DNA from: Deinococcota bacterium
GTDB lineage: Bacteria > Deinococcota > Deinococci > Deinococcales > Thermaceae
Assembly (NCBI GenBank): GCA_041695225.1
Contig: JBGFRI010000027.1
Location: 23,440-87,439, forward strand
Length of the DNA: 64,000 nucleotides
Reading direction: 5' to 3'
The notes beneath the pieces are model-generated. The model searched no databases and was not told where the DNA came from. It saw only the letters and a program-made list of their open reading frames with translations. Below are positions 10,659 through 20,765 of the stretch, one piece after another. Numbering within the stretch: the first letter of the stretch is position 1; every line of letters begins with the position of its first letter. A program made the translations under genes and the position numbers.

Positions 10659-10990
10659 TTCCCCTAGACTATACCTGCTCGTGTGCTTATAGGATACCTT
10701 TAGGAGATACAAAGACTGGTGTAATTAATAATGCCTTGCTTCGGTCAGTGGGCCAGGGGTTGCAGGTGTCTGTCATCCAGGACTATCTTTTGCTGTGAGC
10801 AGGTTCACGCCTTGACCCCCCGTGTGCCCGTATTCTGGGGCTGTTGACATCAAGGCCGGCCAGAGTCGCTGGCGCCCATTTAGAAAAGCCGGGGTTGGAG
10901 TTGTGATTATAGTCTTAACCTAAAGCATTGACGGGTTACCCCGCCGGTACTGGGGTAGTTGAAGGGGGAGCAATGTCTTGCTGGCGCAGC

Positions 10991-11788
10991 TTAACCTGCC
11001 CAGCCTAACCGTAGTGAAACTGCGTCGGCGGCCCGCCTGATTCTGAACCCCAAGGCCTCCAGACGTTCGTCGGGAACCCGGCTGGCAGGGGCCGAGAGCG
11101 AGATGGAGGCCACCACCTTGCCCCGGTTGTCATGAATAGGAGTAGCGATACACCGCACCCCATCCTCACGCTCCTGATCATCTATCACATAGCGGCGCTG
11201 GCGCGCCTCTTGCAGGGTTTTAAGAAAGCTATCCAGGGTGGTAATGGTCTTGGCCGTATAGGGTTTGAAGGGCCCTGCCCCCACAATCCGGCGCACTTCT
11301 GGCTCCTGGTGTTCTAATAGCAGGGCTTTGCCCACTCCGGTGCAGTAGATGGGGGCCCTGGCCCCAATCCGGGTAAACATACGGATGAGCTGGCGGCCCT
11401 CGACCTGCGCAATGTAAACCACCTCGTTGCCGTCCAGCACGGCCAGATTGACCGTTTCGTTGAGCTCGTCCACCAGCTTTTCCATCTCGGGCATGGCCGC
11501 ATCAATTAGCCCCCCCCGCGTCAGGAAGGCCGACCCTACCTGATAAGCCCGCAGGCCGACTTTCCAGCGGCCCTTGGCCTCGTCCCAGTCGGCAAAGCCC
11601 CGGTGGCGCAGGGTTTCTAAGAGCCGGTAAGCTGTGCTGGGCGAGAGTTCGGTCTTGCGGGCTAGCTCGGACAGAGTAAGGGTCTCGGACTCGGAGAGCG
11701 CTGTAAGCAGCTGGAGACCACGCTCCAGGGTTCGTACTTCTCCCACTCTGGTTTTGCGGCTGCGCCCTGGGCGACGCTTGGCTTCCAT
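10991..11788 (-). CDS. IclR family transcriptional regulator
   Basis: N-terminal HTH (TLERGLQLL...LSPSTAYRLL), GARAPIYCTGVGKALL and GVRCIA motifs. Divergent from aceB. Confidence 0.92.
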   Translation of the reverse strand: MEAKRRPGRSRKTRVGEVRTLERGLQLLTALSESETLTLSELARKTELSPSTAYRLLETLRHRGFADWDEAKGRWKVGLRAYQVGSAFLTRGGLIDAAMPEMEKLVDELNETVNLAVLDGNEVVYIAQVEGRQLIRMFTRIGARAPIYCTGVGKALLLEHQEPEVRRIVGAGPFKPYTAKTITTLDSFLKTLQEARQRRYVIDDQEREDGVRCIATPIHDNRGKVVASISLSAPASRVPDERLEALGFRIRRAADAVSLRLGWAG

Positions 11789-11846
11789 GGCTAAAGGCTA
11801 AACCGGTTCCCGATATTTTTCAATGGGTGCAAAACAATCTCACGTG

Positions 11847-11876
11847 TTGACAAACTTATTTTCGAGGGGCTAGGCT
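11847..11876 (+). promoter_or_regulatory. Putative sigmaA promoter of aceB
   Basis: TTGACA-18 nt-TAGGCT. AGGAG RBS before the ATG at 11935. Confidence 0.55.
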
Positions 11877-11934
11877 TTGACTTAGCCAGGGAGTAAACTG
11901 CCCTCCTCCCAAACTCACTAACCAGGAGACCCCT

Positions 11935-13509
11935 ATGAGCGAGCTGCCCCACGGTGTACAGATTACCGGAGCCAGACTACCAGCTTCCGACACGGTGCTT
12001 ACCCCCGAAGCCCTGGCCTTTCTGGCCGGACTACAGCGCGAATTTAATGCAGTGCGCAAAGGTCTGCTGCAACGCCGCGCCGAAATTGCCATACGAATTG
12101 AGGCAGGCGAGAAGCCTGGCTTCCTGGTCCATACCCGCTTCATGCGAGAGGGCGGCTGGAAAGTGGCCCCCGCTCCGGCCGACCTCAATGACCGACGGGT
12201 AGAGATCACCGGCCCCACCGAGCGCAAGATGATGATTAATGCCCTCAACTCCGGGGCTAGGGTCTTTATGGCCGACTGCGAAGACTCGCTCTCGCCCACC
12301 TGGGAAAACGTGGTACAGGGCCAGCAAAACCTGATGGATGCGGTGCGCCGCACGATCAGCCTTAGCACCCCCGAAAAGGAATATAGGCTTAACCAGAAAA
12401 TTGCTACTTTGCTGGTGCGCCCCCGTGGCTGGCACCTGAACGAACGTCACCTGCTGGTAGACGGAGAGCCGATCTCGGGGAGTCTCTTCGACTTCGGTCT
12501 GTATTTTTTTCACAACGCCCACGAACTCCTAAAGCGCGGAAGCGGGCCCTATTTTTACCTGCCCAAGACCGAGAGCCACCTCGAGGCCCGCCTGTGGAAC
12601 GAGGTCTTCAAGTTTGCCCAGAGCTACCTGGGAATTCCCCAGGGTACCATCCGGGCTACCGTGCTGATCGAGACCATTCTGGCCGCCTTCGAGATGGAAG
12701 AGATCCTGTACGAGCTGCGTGAACACGCGGCGGGTCTCAACGCCGGACGCTGGGACTACATTTTTAGCTGCATCAAAAAATTTGCAACCTACGATGTGCT
12801 CTTCCCCGACCGCGCCCAGGTCACCATGACCGTGCCCTTTATGCGGGCCTACACCGAGCTGCTGGTGCGTACTTGCCACAAGCGCGGGGCGCACGCCATT
12901 GGGGGGATGTCGGCCTTTATCCCCAGTCGCAAAGACCCCGAGGTGAATGCCAAGGCTATAGAACAGGTAACCAGGGACAAAGAGCGCGAGTCCGGCGATG
13001 GTTTTGATGGTACCTGGGTCGCCCACCCCGACCTGGTGCCGGTGGCCCTGACGGTATTTGACCGGGTGCTGGGTGAGAGGCCCAACCAGAAAGACCGCCT
13101 GCGCGAGGAGGTGGATGGCCGGATCAAGGCCCAGGACCTGATTGATCTCAAAGTGCCGGGCGGCAAGATCACCGAGGCCGGCATCCGCAACAACATCAGC
13201 GTGGGGTTGCAGTACTTGGCGGCCTGGCTGGGTGGCTCTGGCGCAGTGGCAATTTTCAACCTGATGGAAGACGCAGCCACCGCCGAGATTTCTCGTTCGC
13301 AACTGTGGCAGTGGCTCAAAAAGGGCGCGAAGCTGGACGATGGACGCACCTTCACCAGTGAATTGTATGCGCAGCTCAAGCAGGAGGAGATGGCAAAGCT
13401 GGCGGGCATGAAAAACCTGGAAGCGGCAGCGCAACTCCTGGACGAACTAGTGTTGCAGCCCGATTTTGTGGAGTTCCTGACCCTGCCCGCCTATGAGCGG
13501 CTGGGTTGA
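11935..13509 (+). CDS. aceB: Malate synthase A
   Basis: [45 protein letters not shown] and [12 protein letters not shown] motifs. Confidence 0.96.
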   Translation: MSELPHGVQITGARLPASDTVLTPEALAFLAGLQREFNAVRKGLLQRRAEIAIRIEAGEKPGFLVHTRFMREGGWKVAPAPADLNDRRVEITGPTERKMMINALNSGARVFMADCEDSLSPTWENVVQGQQNLMDAVRRTISLSTPEKEYRLNQKIATLLVRPRGWHLNERHLLVDGEPISGSLFDFGLYFFHNAHELLKRGSGPYFYLPKTESHLEARLWNEVFKFAQSYLGIPQGTIRATVLIETILAAFEMEEILYELREHAAGLNAGRWDYIFSCIKKFATYDVLFPDRAQVTMTVPFMRAYTELLVRTCHKRGAHAIGGMSAFIPSRKDPEVNAKAIEQVTRDKERESGDGFDGTWVAHPDLVPVALTVFDRVLGERPNQKDRLREEVDGRIKAQDLIDLKVPGGKITEAGIRNNISVGLQYLAAWLGGSGAVAIFNLMEDAATAEISRSQLWQWLKKGAKLDDGRTFTSELYAQLKQEEMAKLAGMKNLEAAAQLLDELVLQPDFVEFLTLPAYERLG

Positions 13510-13741
13510 AGCTATACCAGGGTCACAAAGAGCTGGCTTCATTACCATGATCGAGGCGCCGGTGCTGAGCTGGCTGTAGATTGGTGAAAAAGGCCTCGAA
13601 GCAGTCCAGGAAACTTTCATCCACACAGGTATTCCTGAACTGCTTCGCTGCTGTTGGTTGCTAGTCATGGTTGCCCGAAGACGATGATCTACGGCAATTT
13701 CACATTGGGATTAACCAGTACCCAGCCTGTGGAAAAGCTCT

Positions 13742-14482
13742 TTAGCTGGGTTTGGTCTTGACTTTTGCCTTGGTCTTGTCCTTGACAGGCGGAGGCCCAT
13801 CCGGGCTATGCTCGGCGCTACGGATACGGGCCAGCGGGGTCAGGTGCTGGACTTCCAGGACCCGCTTGTAGCGCCTGGCTTTGGTCTCCTTGTCTTCCCA
13901 GACCTCGGTTTTGAGCGCGCCTTCCAGCAAGAGTTGCGAGCCCTTCTTGAGGCCGGCAAACTGCTCGGCCAGGTCGCGCCAGGCTTCCAGCTCGAGATAG
14001 TGGCTCCTGGCCTGCTTGGCCGAAGCGTTCCAGCTCGAGAAGCCCAGACTGGCCCTGGTGACCGGGGTTTGGAGTGAGGTCTGACGGAACTCGGGGTCGG
14101 CGGTGAGTCCACCGGTCAGGATCACCCGGTTCAGGGCGCAGTACAGTACCGGACCTTTTTCCTCGGTGCGGATATCGGCACGTTCCAGCTTGAAGAGCTC
14201 CTCGCCCACAATGCGTAAGCGCGAGCCTTTCACACCGTCGGAGTCCCAGGTTTCGTAGACCAGGCGGCCAACGGCCTGATAAGCCTGCCCATCTACCAGT
14301 TGATCGGCCAGATGCTCGGCCATCTTGCCATAGAAGGTGAGGTCGGCGCGGAAGAAGACGTGGTTCTCGGTTACGGGCCGCTTGCCGACCAGAAAAACCT
14401 CGAGTACGGGAGTTGCTTTGGGGGTGTAGCGCAGTTCGTGTTTGCTGAGGACGCCGCTGATGAGGACTAAGTTGGTGGACAT
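13742..14482 (-). CDS. Single-stranded DNA-binding protein paralogue (two OB folds, no acidic tail)
   Basis: Two SSB-like repeats (NLVLISGVL...ELRYTP...GRLVYETW and NRVILTGGLTADPEFRQT...EAWRDLAE...LEGALKTEVW). AAGGAG RBS. Confidence 0.82.
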   Translation of the reverse strand: MSTNLVLISGVLSKHELRYTPKATPVLEVFLVGKRPVTENHVFFRADLTFYGKMAEHLADQLVDGQAYQAVGRLVYETWDSDGVKGSRLRIVGEELFKLERADIRTEEKGPVLYCALNRVILTGGLTADPEFRQTSLQTPVTRASLGFSSWNASAKQARSHYLELEAWRDLAEQFAGLKKGSQLLLEGALKTEVWEDKETKARRYKRVLEVQHLTPLARIRSAEHSPDGPPPVKDKTKAKVKTKPS

Positions 14483-14535
14483 GTTTTTCTCCTTATGCGT
14501 TACGGTCAGAAAAGATAGGGCATTGCTAGTAGGGC

Positions 14536-15147
14536 TCAGGAAGTGGTCGGCAGCCAGTCGAAGCTCTGACCACCGCATACCTTGATCTGCTTGGCGCTAG
14601 GCTGGAATTTCACGATGCCCCCATAAGGGGTGCGGGTTTGCAGCGGTGGGATCATCTCTGTTTCGCTGCTTTGCGGGTGAGGTGTTTTTCGGTTCGGATA
14701 ATGGTTCTTAGGCTGCTCTCCGGCTTCCTGCAATGCTGCCAGCCAGTTCACAAACTCGACCAGGAGTTGCTGGGCCACTTTCCGAGTGCTGGCGTCTGGA
14801 CTCCGGCAGTCTTTGAGATGTTCGGCGAACTGGCCCCGGTGCAGGCTCGGATGGGGAAGGCCCGAAACCTCGAGAGCTTCCGTGCGGCTAAGGCTGTAGA
14901 GCTTGCGGCCAGGCCGGTCGAGCAGCAGGATAGGGTGCTCGCCAGGAGCCAGGATGGGCTTAACCGAGGGGTGGGCGGCCCAGATCAGGTAGGCCCAGGA
15001 GTTGGCGGGGCCGCTTGTCAGGCCGTCTTGGTAGATCAGACTATCGCTTTTGGGTTCCCAGTAGAAGACCACTCTGGGGGCGTGGCCAGCATAACCAAAG
15101 ATGGTCTCTAGATGGGGGTGCAGGGGGAGCTCGAGCTCTTTCATCAT
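14536..15147 (-). CDS. Hypothetical protein
   Basis: Protein-like core (LETIFGYAGHAPRVVFYWEPKSDSLIYQDG...WAYLIWAAHPSV...LLLDR). Co-oriented upstream of the SSB paralogue. Start uncertain. Confidence 0.55.
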   Translation of the reverse strand: MMKELELPLHPHLETIFGYAGHAPRVVFYWEPKSDSLIYQDGLTSGPANSWAYLIWAAHPSVKPILAPGEHPILLLDRPGRKLYSLSRTEALEVSGLPHPSLHRGQFAEHLKDCRSPDASTRKVAQQLLVEFVNWLAALQEAGEQPKNHYPNRKTPHPQSSETEMIPPLQTRTPYGGIVKFQPSAKQIKVCGGQSFDWLPTTS

Positions 15148-15799
15148 CCACTTCCGTTTCGGTCTGCGCCACAGGGGCGCTTTGCTTGGGGTCGTCTGTT
15201 TCGGGCGGCTCGTTGGGTGTGCGTTGCGGTCAGTTTTTTTCAGTTCATCTGCGTTTTGTTCCTTCCCCCGTTTGGTTTGTACCAACTCGGATGGAGTAAG
15301 CCTATAACATAATCGCCGTTTTGTCTAGTGGGTTTAACCAAGTGGTTAGAAAAGTTGTCCGGTGGACGATAATGGTCATTCTTGCAACCGGCCTGCGCTG
15401 TTCCACCAAACCATCTTGGGCCGCTTGAAAAAAGAATCCTTATGTGTTCATCAGAATCATCCCAGTAATACAGACGGGGGCTCGAGGGTCGCAAATATGC
15501 CAGCAAATTAGATGGAAGCGCATAAGCCAGCGCGGGTGCTTGTGCAGAAATACCATGCCCCGCACGGATAAAGGCTCTATCCGGGCTGGGCGACAACTGG
15601 GCGTGAGGCAAAGCTCAGCTCTGAAGCGAAACTGCGAGCGTTAAGCATCAGTAACGGCCAGAAGCCAGATTCGAACTCGGAGCATTCCATCAGGCTGGGA
15701 GGCGGGTTGTGGCGTAAATCGCCCGCATTATTGGGTGATTGATTTTTACGATAAGAAGCGGGTATTTGGCAGTTTTGCGTAGTACAATTCAGTACCGTA

Positions 15800-17377
15800 A
15801 TGAGAGAGCTCCCCGGTATCATCAAGGTAGACTTCGCTGAATTTTACCAGCGGTTATTACGCTATAGCTGGGTTCTTATTCTGCTTGCGCTCGCGGCGAC
15901 CGTTGCGGCTTATCTAATTTCGCGCCTGCAACCGCCCGTATACCAGGCCACCGCCCGGCTGCTGGCGGCACAGCCCACCGCCTTTTCCGGAACCGGCATC
16001 AGCAGCGTGCATGTCGCCAGCCCTCTCGATAGCCAGGCCTACCGCGAGGCAGCCCTGAGCAGCCAGGTGCTCAAGGATACCCTCGACAGCCCACAAAACC
16101 AGCATTCCCTCGAGGAATTCCGGCGCAAACTACGGGTGCGCACGGTGGATGGCCGCCAGTCCGGCATCATCATCCTCAGTGTTCGCGACAGCGACCCTGC
16201 AAAGGCGGCCCAGCTGGCCAATGAGTGGGCCGATGCCCTGAGGAACTGGGACGACCAGCGTATACGGGGCAGCTTCAGCCGCTACCGCCAGTCGCTTGAG
16301 ACCCAGCTGGGCTCGGTCCGGGCCGATCTGGCCAGGGGCAACCACACGCCCGAACGCATCGAAGGCCTGCGCAGCTTGCAGGGCAGCTTGCTGCGCGACC
16401 TCGACTTGGTGCGGGCGTTGGAGCAAGGGGCCACCGGCCAGCTAAGTCTGCTGGATACCGCCGAACTGCCCATCCGCCCCATCGGGCCCCGCTCCCTGCT
16501 CAACGCGCTACTGGCTGGGGCGCTTACCCTGGCTTTTGGCATTCTCTTTATGCTGCTGCGTGAGGTCTCGGTGCGTACGGTACGCAACAGCCAGGATGCC
16601 GCGCAATTGACCGGGCTGCAAGTGCTGGGGGAGTTCCCCAAGATCAACAATGTCAGCCGCGACCTGCCGCGGGAGGCTGCCAGCTATCTGCGCACCTATG
16701 TCAACCAGGGTCTGATGGACGAGGACGACCCAAAAATTATCGCTGTTACCAGCCCAGAAGCCAAAGAGGGTAAAAGCAGCGTCGCCATCGCCCTGGCAAG
16801 GGCCTATGCCCGAACCGGAAAGCGCACCCTGCTGATTGACCTCGACCTACACCGCCCCATCCTGCACAGCGAATTCAACATCGAGACTGGCCCCGATGTG
16901 ATATCGGTGCTGCGCGACCCGCTTTTTAGCATGGCCACCCACCAGCTCGAGCGCGGACTATCCCTGCTACCGTGCTTGCAGAGTGTCGAAGACCCCTCGG
17001 GTCTGCTCTCCCAGCATTTTCGACCCTTTTTGCGCCGCCTGCGTGAATCGGGTGACTGGGACACCATCATTATTGATACACCTCCCGTACTCGCCGTCAC
17101 CGATACGCTGGTAGTTGCTCCGCAGGTCTCTGGCATGCTGGTGCTGGTGAACACCGGTAATACCCACCGCCGCAGCCTGGTAGCTGCCGTAGACAGCCTG
17201 ACCCGTATCGGGGCCAGGGTGCTGGGTCTGGTCGTGAACCAATTGCGTTCAGGGGAGGGAATGCTGGAGTTCTCGAGGGGCTACAACGGCTACGGGCAGT
17301 ATGGAAACCGCCCTCGAGCAAGCACGACCTCGCTAACCGAGACCCACGAGCAGGACCCACTTCGCACGCAGTGGTGA
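15800..17377 (+). CDS. Polysaccharide co-polymerase/BY tyrosine kinase fusion (Wzc-like)
   Basis: Two TM helices flanking a Wzz-like domain. Walker A (SPEAKEGKS), A' (LLIDLD) and B (IIIDTPP) motifs, and a C-terminal Tyr cluster GYNGYGQY. Confidence 0.88.
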   Translation: MRELPGIIKVDFAEFYQRLLRYSWVLILLALAATVAAYLISRLQPPVYQATARLLAAQPTAFSGTGISSVHVASPLDSQAYREAALSSQVLKDTLDSPQNQHSLEEFRRKLRVRTVDGRQSGIIILSVRDSDPAKAAQLANEWADALRNWDDQRIRGSFSRYRQSLETQLGSVRADLARGNHTPERIEGLRSLQGSLLRDLDLVRALEQGATGQLSLLDTAELPIRPIGPRSLLNALLAGALTLAFGILFMLLREVSVRTVRNSQDAAQLTGLQVLGEFPKINNVSRDLPREAASYLRTYVNQGLMDEDDPKIIAVTSPEAKEGKSSVAIALARAYARTGKRTLLIDLDLHRPILHSEFNIETGPDVISVLRDPLFSMATHQLERGLSLLPCLQSVEDPSGLLSQHFRPFLRRLRESGDWDTIIIDTPPVLAVTDTLVVAPQVSGMLVLVNTGNTHRRSLVAAVDSLTRIGARVLGLVVNQLRSGEGMLEFSRGYNGYGQYGNRPRASTTSLTETHEQDPLRTQW

Positions 17378-17427
17378 GTCTGGTCCCAGAGGCAAATTCC
17401 AGAAGCTTTTCTAGCGACCGAGGGTTG

Positions 17428-17436
17428 TGGTATGCT
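17428..17436 (+). promoter_or_regulatory. Putative extended -10 promoter for rplY
   Basis: TGgTATGCT about 130 nt upstream of the rplY ATG. Confidence 0.4.
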
Positions 17437-17485
17437 TTTTAGGCTTGTGTTTTGAACCCCACACCAGTGTTGTGGCGTGATCAAA

Positions 17486-17525
17486 ACAGATCCTGACAGG
17501 TCCCGACAGATCCCGACAGATCCTG
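17486..17525 (+). repeat. 10-bp tandem repeat (ACAGRTCCYG)x4 in the rplY leader
   Basis: ACAGATCCTG ACAGGTCCCG ACAGATCCCG ACAGATCCTG. Confidence 0.8.
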
Positions 17526-17566
17526 GGCCCGATGTCCAGCAAAAAAGAGAGTTTTGGAGGAAGGCA

Positions 17567-18187
17567 ATGGAATACCGCATCAAAGCCCTTAGTCGTGGGA
17601 ACGAAAACCCCACTGCATTGCGAGAGGCAGGCAAACTGCCCGGCGTGGTTTACAACCGCCAGGAGAACTACAAGGTGGTGGTAGATCTCAAAGAGTTCAA
17701 CAAGGTCTTTATGGCTGCGGGTATTCACCAGGTGATTACCCTCGAGCTCGAGGGCGGTAAAACCATTGATACCCTGGTGCGCCAGATCAACCTCGACAAG
17801 CGCCGCCGCCGCCCCGACCATGTGGACTTTTATGCCCTTTCCGACGAGCCGGTGCTGATGTGGATTCCTGTCAAGGTTGTGGGCATACCCCAGGGTGTGC
17901 GCGAGGGGGGCGTCCTTCAGATGGTCAACAACGACCTCCAGGTCAAGGTCTTGCCCAAGTCCATCCCGCCCTTCATCGAAGTTAATGCCAGCGAGCTGCG
18001 CATCGGCGATAGCATTCACGCCGACGGGCTCACCCTTCCTGAAGGGGTAAAACTGGCCATGAATGCCCGTACTACTGTTTTGGCCATCGTACCGCCAGAA
18101 GACGCCGAGAAACTAACCGCCCAGGCCGCTACGGTACCTGCCGAGGTAGAAGTCATCAAGAAGGGTAAGGTCGAGGAGGAAAAGTAG
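17567..18187 (+). CDS. rplY: 50S ribosomal protein L25/CTC (TL5 type)
   Basis: MEYRIKA...LREAGKLPGVVYN...HVDFY...GVREGG, similar to Thermus TL5. GGAGG RBS. Confidence 0.93.
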   Translation: MEYRIKALSRGNENPTALREAGKLPGVVYNRQENYKVVVDLKEFNKVFMAAGIHQVITLELEGGKTIDTLVRQINLDKRRRRPDHVDFYALSDEPVLMWIPVKVVGIPQGVREGGVLQMVNNDLQVKVLPKSIPPFIEVNASELRIGDSIHADGLTLPEGVKLAMNARTTVLAIVPPEDAEKLTAQAATVPAEVEVIKKGKVEEEK

Positions 18188-18432
18188 GTACCAGGCCGCC
18201 TGTCAGTGGCCATTGCAGCTGTTTCCGAGCCCCGACTTCTAACGTCTGTCCTGGGGCCTGGTCTACGTCTGGCACCGCACTTGCTAACCCCCTTCCCTGT
18301 ATGCTGGGTATGCTGGCCGTTAGTATCTCTCAATAGCAGTAATTGAGAGCTTTCGCCGCCGATGAACCAGGACGTGAGCCATTGGTTGGATCCAGCTTGG
18401 AGTGGAAAGGCTGAAAATCGCAGGGTAGCGCA

Positions 18433-19035
18433 ATGTTTCTAATTGTCGGGCTGGGAAATCCGGGGATTCAATATGCACGTACCAAGCACAATGTGGGGTT
18501 CTGGGTGCTGGATCGTCTTAGCTCGAGTTTCCAGCACCGGCGAAATGCCCTAATAGCCAGGTATGAGGTTCCGACACCTGCCGGTGAACGTGTTTCAGGC
18601 TGGCTGGTCAAACCCACCACCTTCTACAACGTTAGTGGTGAGGCCGTGGCGCCGCTGGCTGGTTTTTACAAAATTCCACCAGAGCGGATCCTGGTAGTGC
18701 ATGATGAACTAGACTTACCCCCGGGCCGCCTGCGCTTCAAGGCGGGTGGGAGCAGTGCAGGGAATTATGGCTTGGAGTCCATCGCCACCCACCTGGGCAC
18801 CAGGGATTTTCATCGCCTTCGCATTGGTATCGGTAAGCCCCCCAGCCCCGATGACGGAGCAGGCTGGGTGCTCACTGGCTTTCACCCCGACCTGGAAGCG
18901 GTGATGGATAAAGTGGTTCAGACTGCCGCCGAAGCGGCACAAACCTGGGTGATCGAGGGTATAAAAGCCTGCCAGAAGAAATACAATGGGCTGAACTTTG
19001 CTACACCACCCGAGCCCACAGCGCCTGCGAATTAG
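18433..19035 (+). CDS. pth: Peptidyl-tRNA hydrolase
   Basis: LIVGLGNPG..Y..TKHNVGF, VVHDELDLP and RLRIGIG motifs. Follows rplY. Confidence 0.93.
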   Translation: MFLIVGLGNPGIQYARTKHNVGFWVLDRLSSSFQHRRNALIARYEVPTPAGERVSGWLVKPTTFYNVSGEAVAPLAGFYKIPPERILVVHDELDLPPGRLRFKAGGSSAGNYGLESIATHLGTRDFHRLRIGIGKPPSPDDGAGWVLTGFHPDLEAVMDKVVQTAAEAAQTWVIEGIKACQKKYNGLNFATPPEPTAPAN

Positions 19036-19041
19036 TCAGGC

Positions 19042-19875
19042 TTAGCCGAAACGGCCGGTGATATAGGCTTCGGTGTGCGGGTCTTTGGGGTTAGTGAAAA
19101 GCTGATTGGTTGGCCCAAACTCGATCAGATCACCTAGCAGGAAGTATCCGGTAAAGTCTGAGACCCGGCCAGCCTGCTGCATGTTGTGGGTGACAATAGC
19201 TACGGTGACATGCTTCTTGAGCTCGGTCAGGAGGTCTTCGATGCTCTGGGTAGAGATGGGGTCTAGCGACGAGGTGGGCTCGTCCATCAGCAGCACCTCT
19301 GGCTGCACCGTCAAGGCACGGGCAATGCACAGACGCTGCTGCTGCCCACCGGATAGACTCATCCCCGGCGCCCGCAGGCGATCTTTGACCTCATTCCACA
19401 GGGCGGCCTGGGTCAGAGATCGCTCAACAGCTTCGTCTAGCACGTCCCTGCGGCGCACACCCATCAGCTTGAGGCCAGCCGCCACATTGTCGTAAATGGT
19501 AAGGGTAGGGAAGGGGTTTGGCTTCTGGAAAACCATCCCAATTTTACGCCTGATCTCCACCGCGTCCACTCCAGGGGCATAGATGTTTTGTCCATCCAGC
19601 AGAGCCTCGCCCTCAACCCGCGCAATGGGGGTGAGGTCGTGCATGCGGTTCAAAGCCCGTAAAAAAGTGGTCTTACCACACCCCGAAGGGCCAATTAAGG
19701 CGGTAACGGTGTTGGCATAGATGGGCATGCTCACATTGCGTACGCCCATCTTTTTGCCGTAGTAAACCGAGAGTCCCTTGGTCTCCATGCGGGGCCGCAA
19801 ATCTGCTGCCAGGGTCAGCTTGGTCTCGGTCTGACCGGTGGGCATGGAAACGCTGTAGGGCTTTTGTTGGTTCAT
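19042..19875 (-). CDS. pstB: Phosphate ABC transporter ATPase
   Basis: [44 protein letters not shown] and YITGRFG motifs. Start at MNQQK. Confidence 0.95.
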   Translation of the reverse strand: MNQQKPYSVSMPTGQTETKLTLAADLRPRMETKGLSVYYGKKMGVRNVSMPIYANTVTALIGPSGCGKTTFLRALNRMHDLTPIARVEGEALLDGQNIYAPGVDAVEIRRKIGMVFQKPNPFPTLTIYDNVAAGLKLMGVRRRDVLDEAVERSLTQAALWNEVKDRLRAPGMSLSGGQQQRLCIARALTVQPEVLLMDEPTSSLDPISTQSIEDLLTELKKHVTVAIVTHNMQQAGRVSDFTGYFLLGDLIEFGPTNQLFTNPKDPHTEAYITGRFG

Positions 19876-19892
19876 CGAATCTCCTCCGAAAG

Positions 19893-20765
19893 CTAGTTGT
19901 ATTTTCGCGTAGCCCAGCGGGCCAGCAGGCTGGCAACCAGGACCATAGAGGTTAGTATCAAAGCGGCGCCCCAGGCTTGCTCCTGGCGTAGTACCGCGGG
20001 CTCGTTGGCGTACTTGAATATGGTCAGGGCCAGGCTCTCGGTCGGCTGGCCCAGCGTTAGGTTTAGAAACTGGCTTCCCCCGGCGGTGAAGAAGAGCGGC
20101 GCGGCCTCGCCAGCGGCCCGGGCGAAGCCCAGCATCAGGCCTGTCACCACCCCAAAAGTGGCTGCCGGAATAACCAGGGAAATGGTTACTCTCCAACGGG
20201 GCAGCCCCAGGGCCACGCCTGCCTCGCGCACACTCCAGGGGACCAGCTGAAGAACCCCCTCGGTAGACCGCAATACGATCGGGGCAAGGATGATGGCCAG
20301 GGCCAGCGCGCCGGCATAGCCGGAGAACATCCCGGTAGGGAGCACAATTATGGCGTAAATCACCAGACCTTTTAGCAAGGCCGGAAGACCGTTTAGCAGG
20401 TCGGAGATGGTACGCAGGTAAGGGGTTATGGGGTGGTCGGGGTACTCCGAGAGCAGCACACCCCCGGCAAAGCCCAGTAGCCCACCGATTAGCAGGGCCA
20501 GCAGGTTCATCATCAGGGTGCCAACGATGGCGTGCAACAGGCCACCACCACCCTCTCCGACTGGTCTGAACTCCTGGGTCAGGAAAGCCAGGTTTATGGT
20601 TGGCAATCCGTTGACAAAAACTGCCCCCAGAACTGCGATTAATGGTGAGAGAACGACGATTGAGCCCAGCAGCAACAGAATTACCATTACGACATTCCAA
20701 ACACGCCTGACCCGAAGATTGCCCCCTTTGGGAATCGCTGAGGCGATGTCAGTGGGCGGTCTCAC
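19893..20765 (-). CDS. pstA: Phosphate ABC transporter permease
   Basis: EAA loop ([12 protein letters not shown]) and RAAGEAAPL. Operon position. Confidence 0.9.
   Translation of the reverse strand: MRPPTDIASAIPKGGNLRVRRVWNVVMVILLLLGSIVVLSPLIAVLGAVFVNGLPTINLAFLTQEFRPVGEGGGGLLHAIVGTLMMNLLALLIGGLLGFAGGVLLSEYPDHPITPYLRTISDLLNGLPALLKGLVIYAIIVLPTGMFSGYAGALALAIILAPIVLRSTEGVLQLVPWSVREAGVALGLPRWRVTISLVIPAATFGVVTGLMLGFARAAGEAAPLFFTAGGSQFLNLTLGQPTESLALTIFKYANEPAVLRQEQAWGAALILTSMVLVASLLARWATRKYN

Noticed and set aside
14493..14511. TTATG-N9-CAGAA upstream of the SSB paralogue as a DdrO RDRM box
   Set aside because: It spans 19 bp rather than the 17-bp RDRM, and the inner positions do not fit.
19876..20700. 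Long N-terminal extensions in the ORF track (pstB 552 aa; also metY from 36768, lpxD from 25525, antitoxin from 27632)
   Set aside because: The extensions overlap other genes, the riboswitch or repeats. Downstream starts have an RBS or -10 box and fit family lengths.
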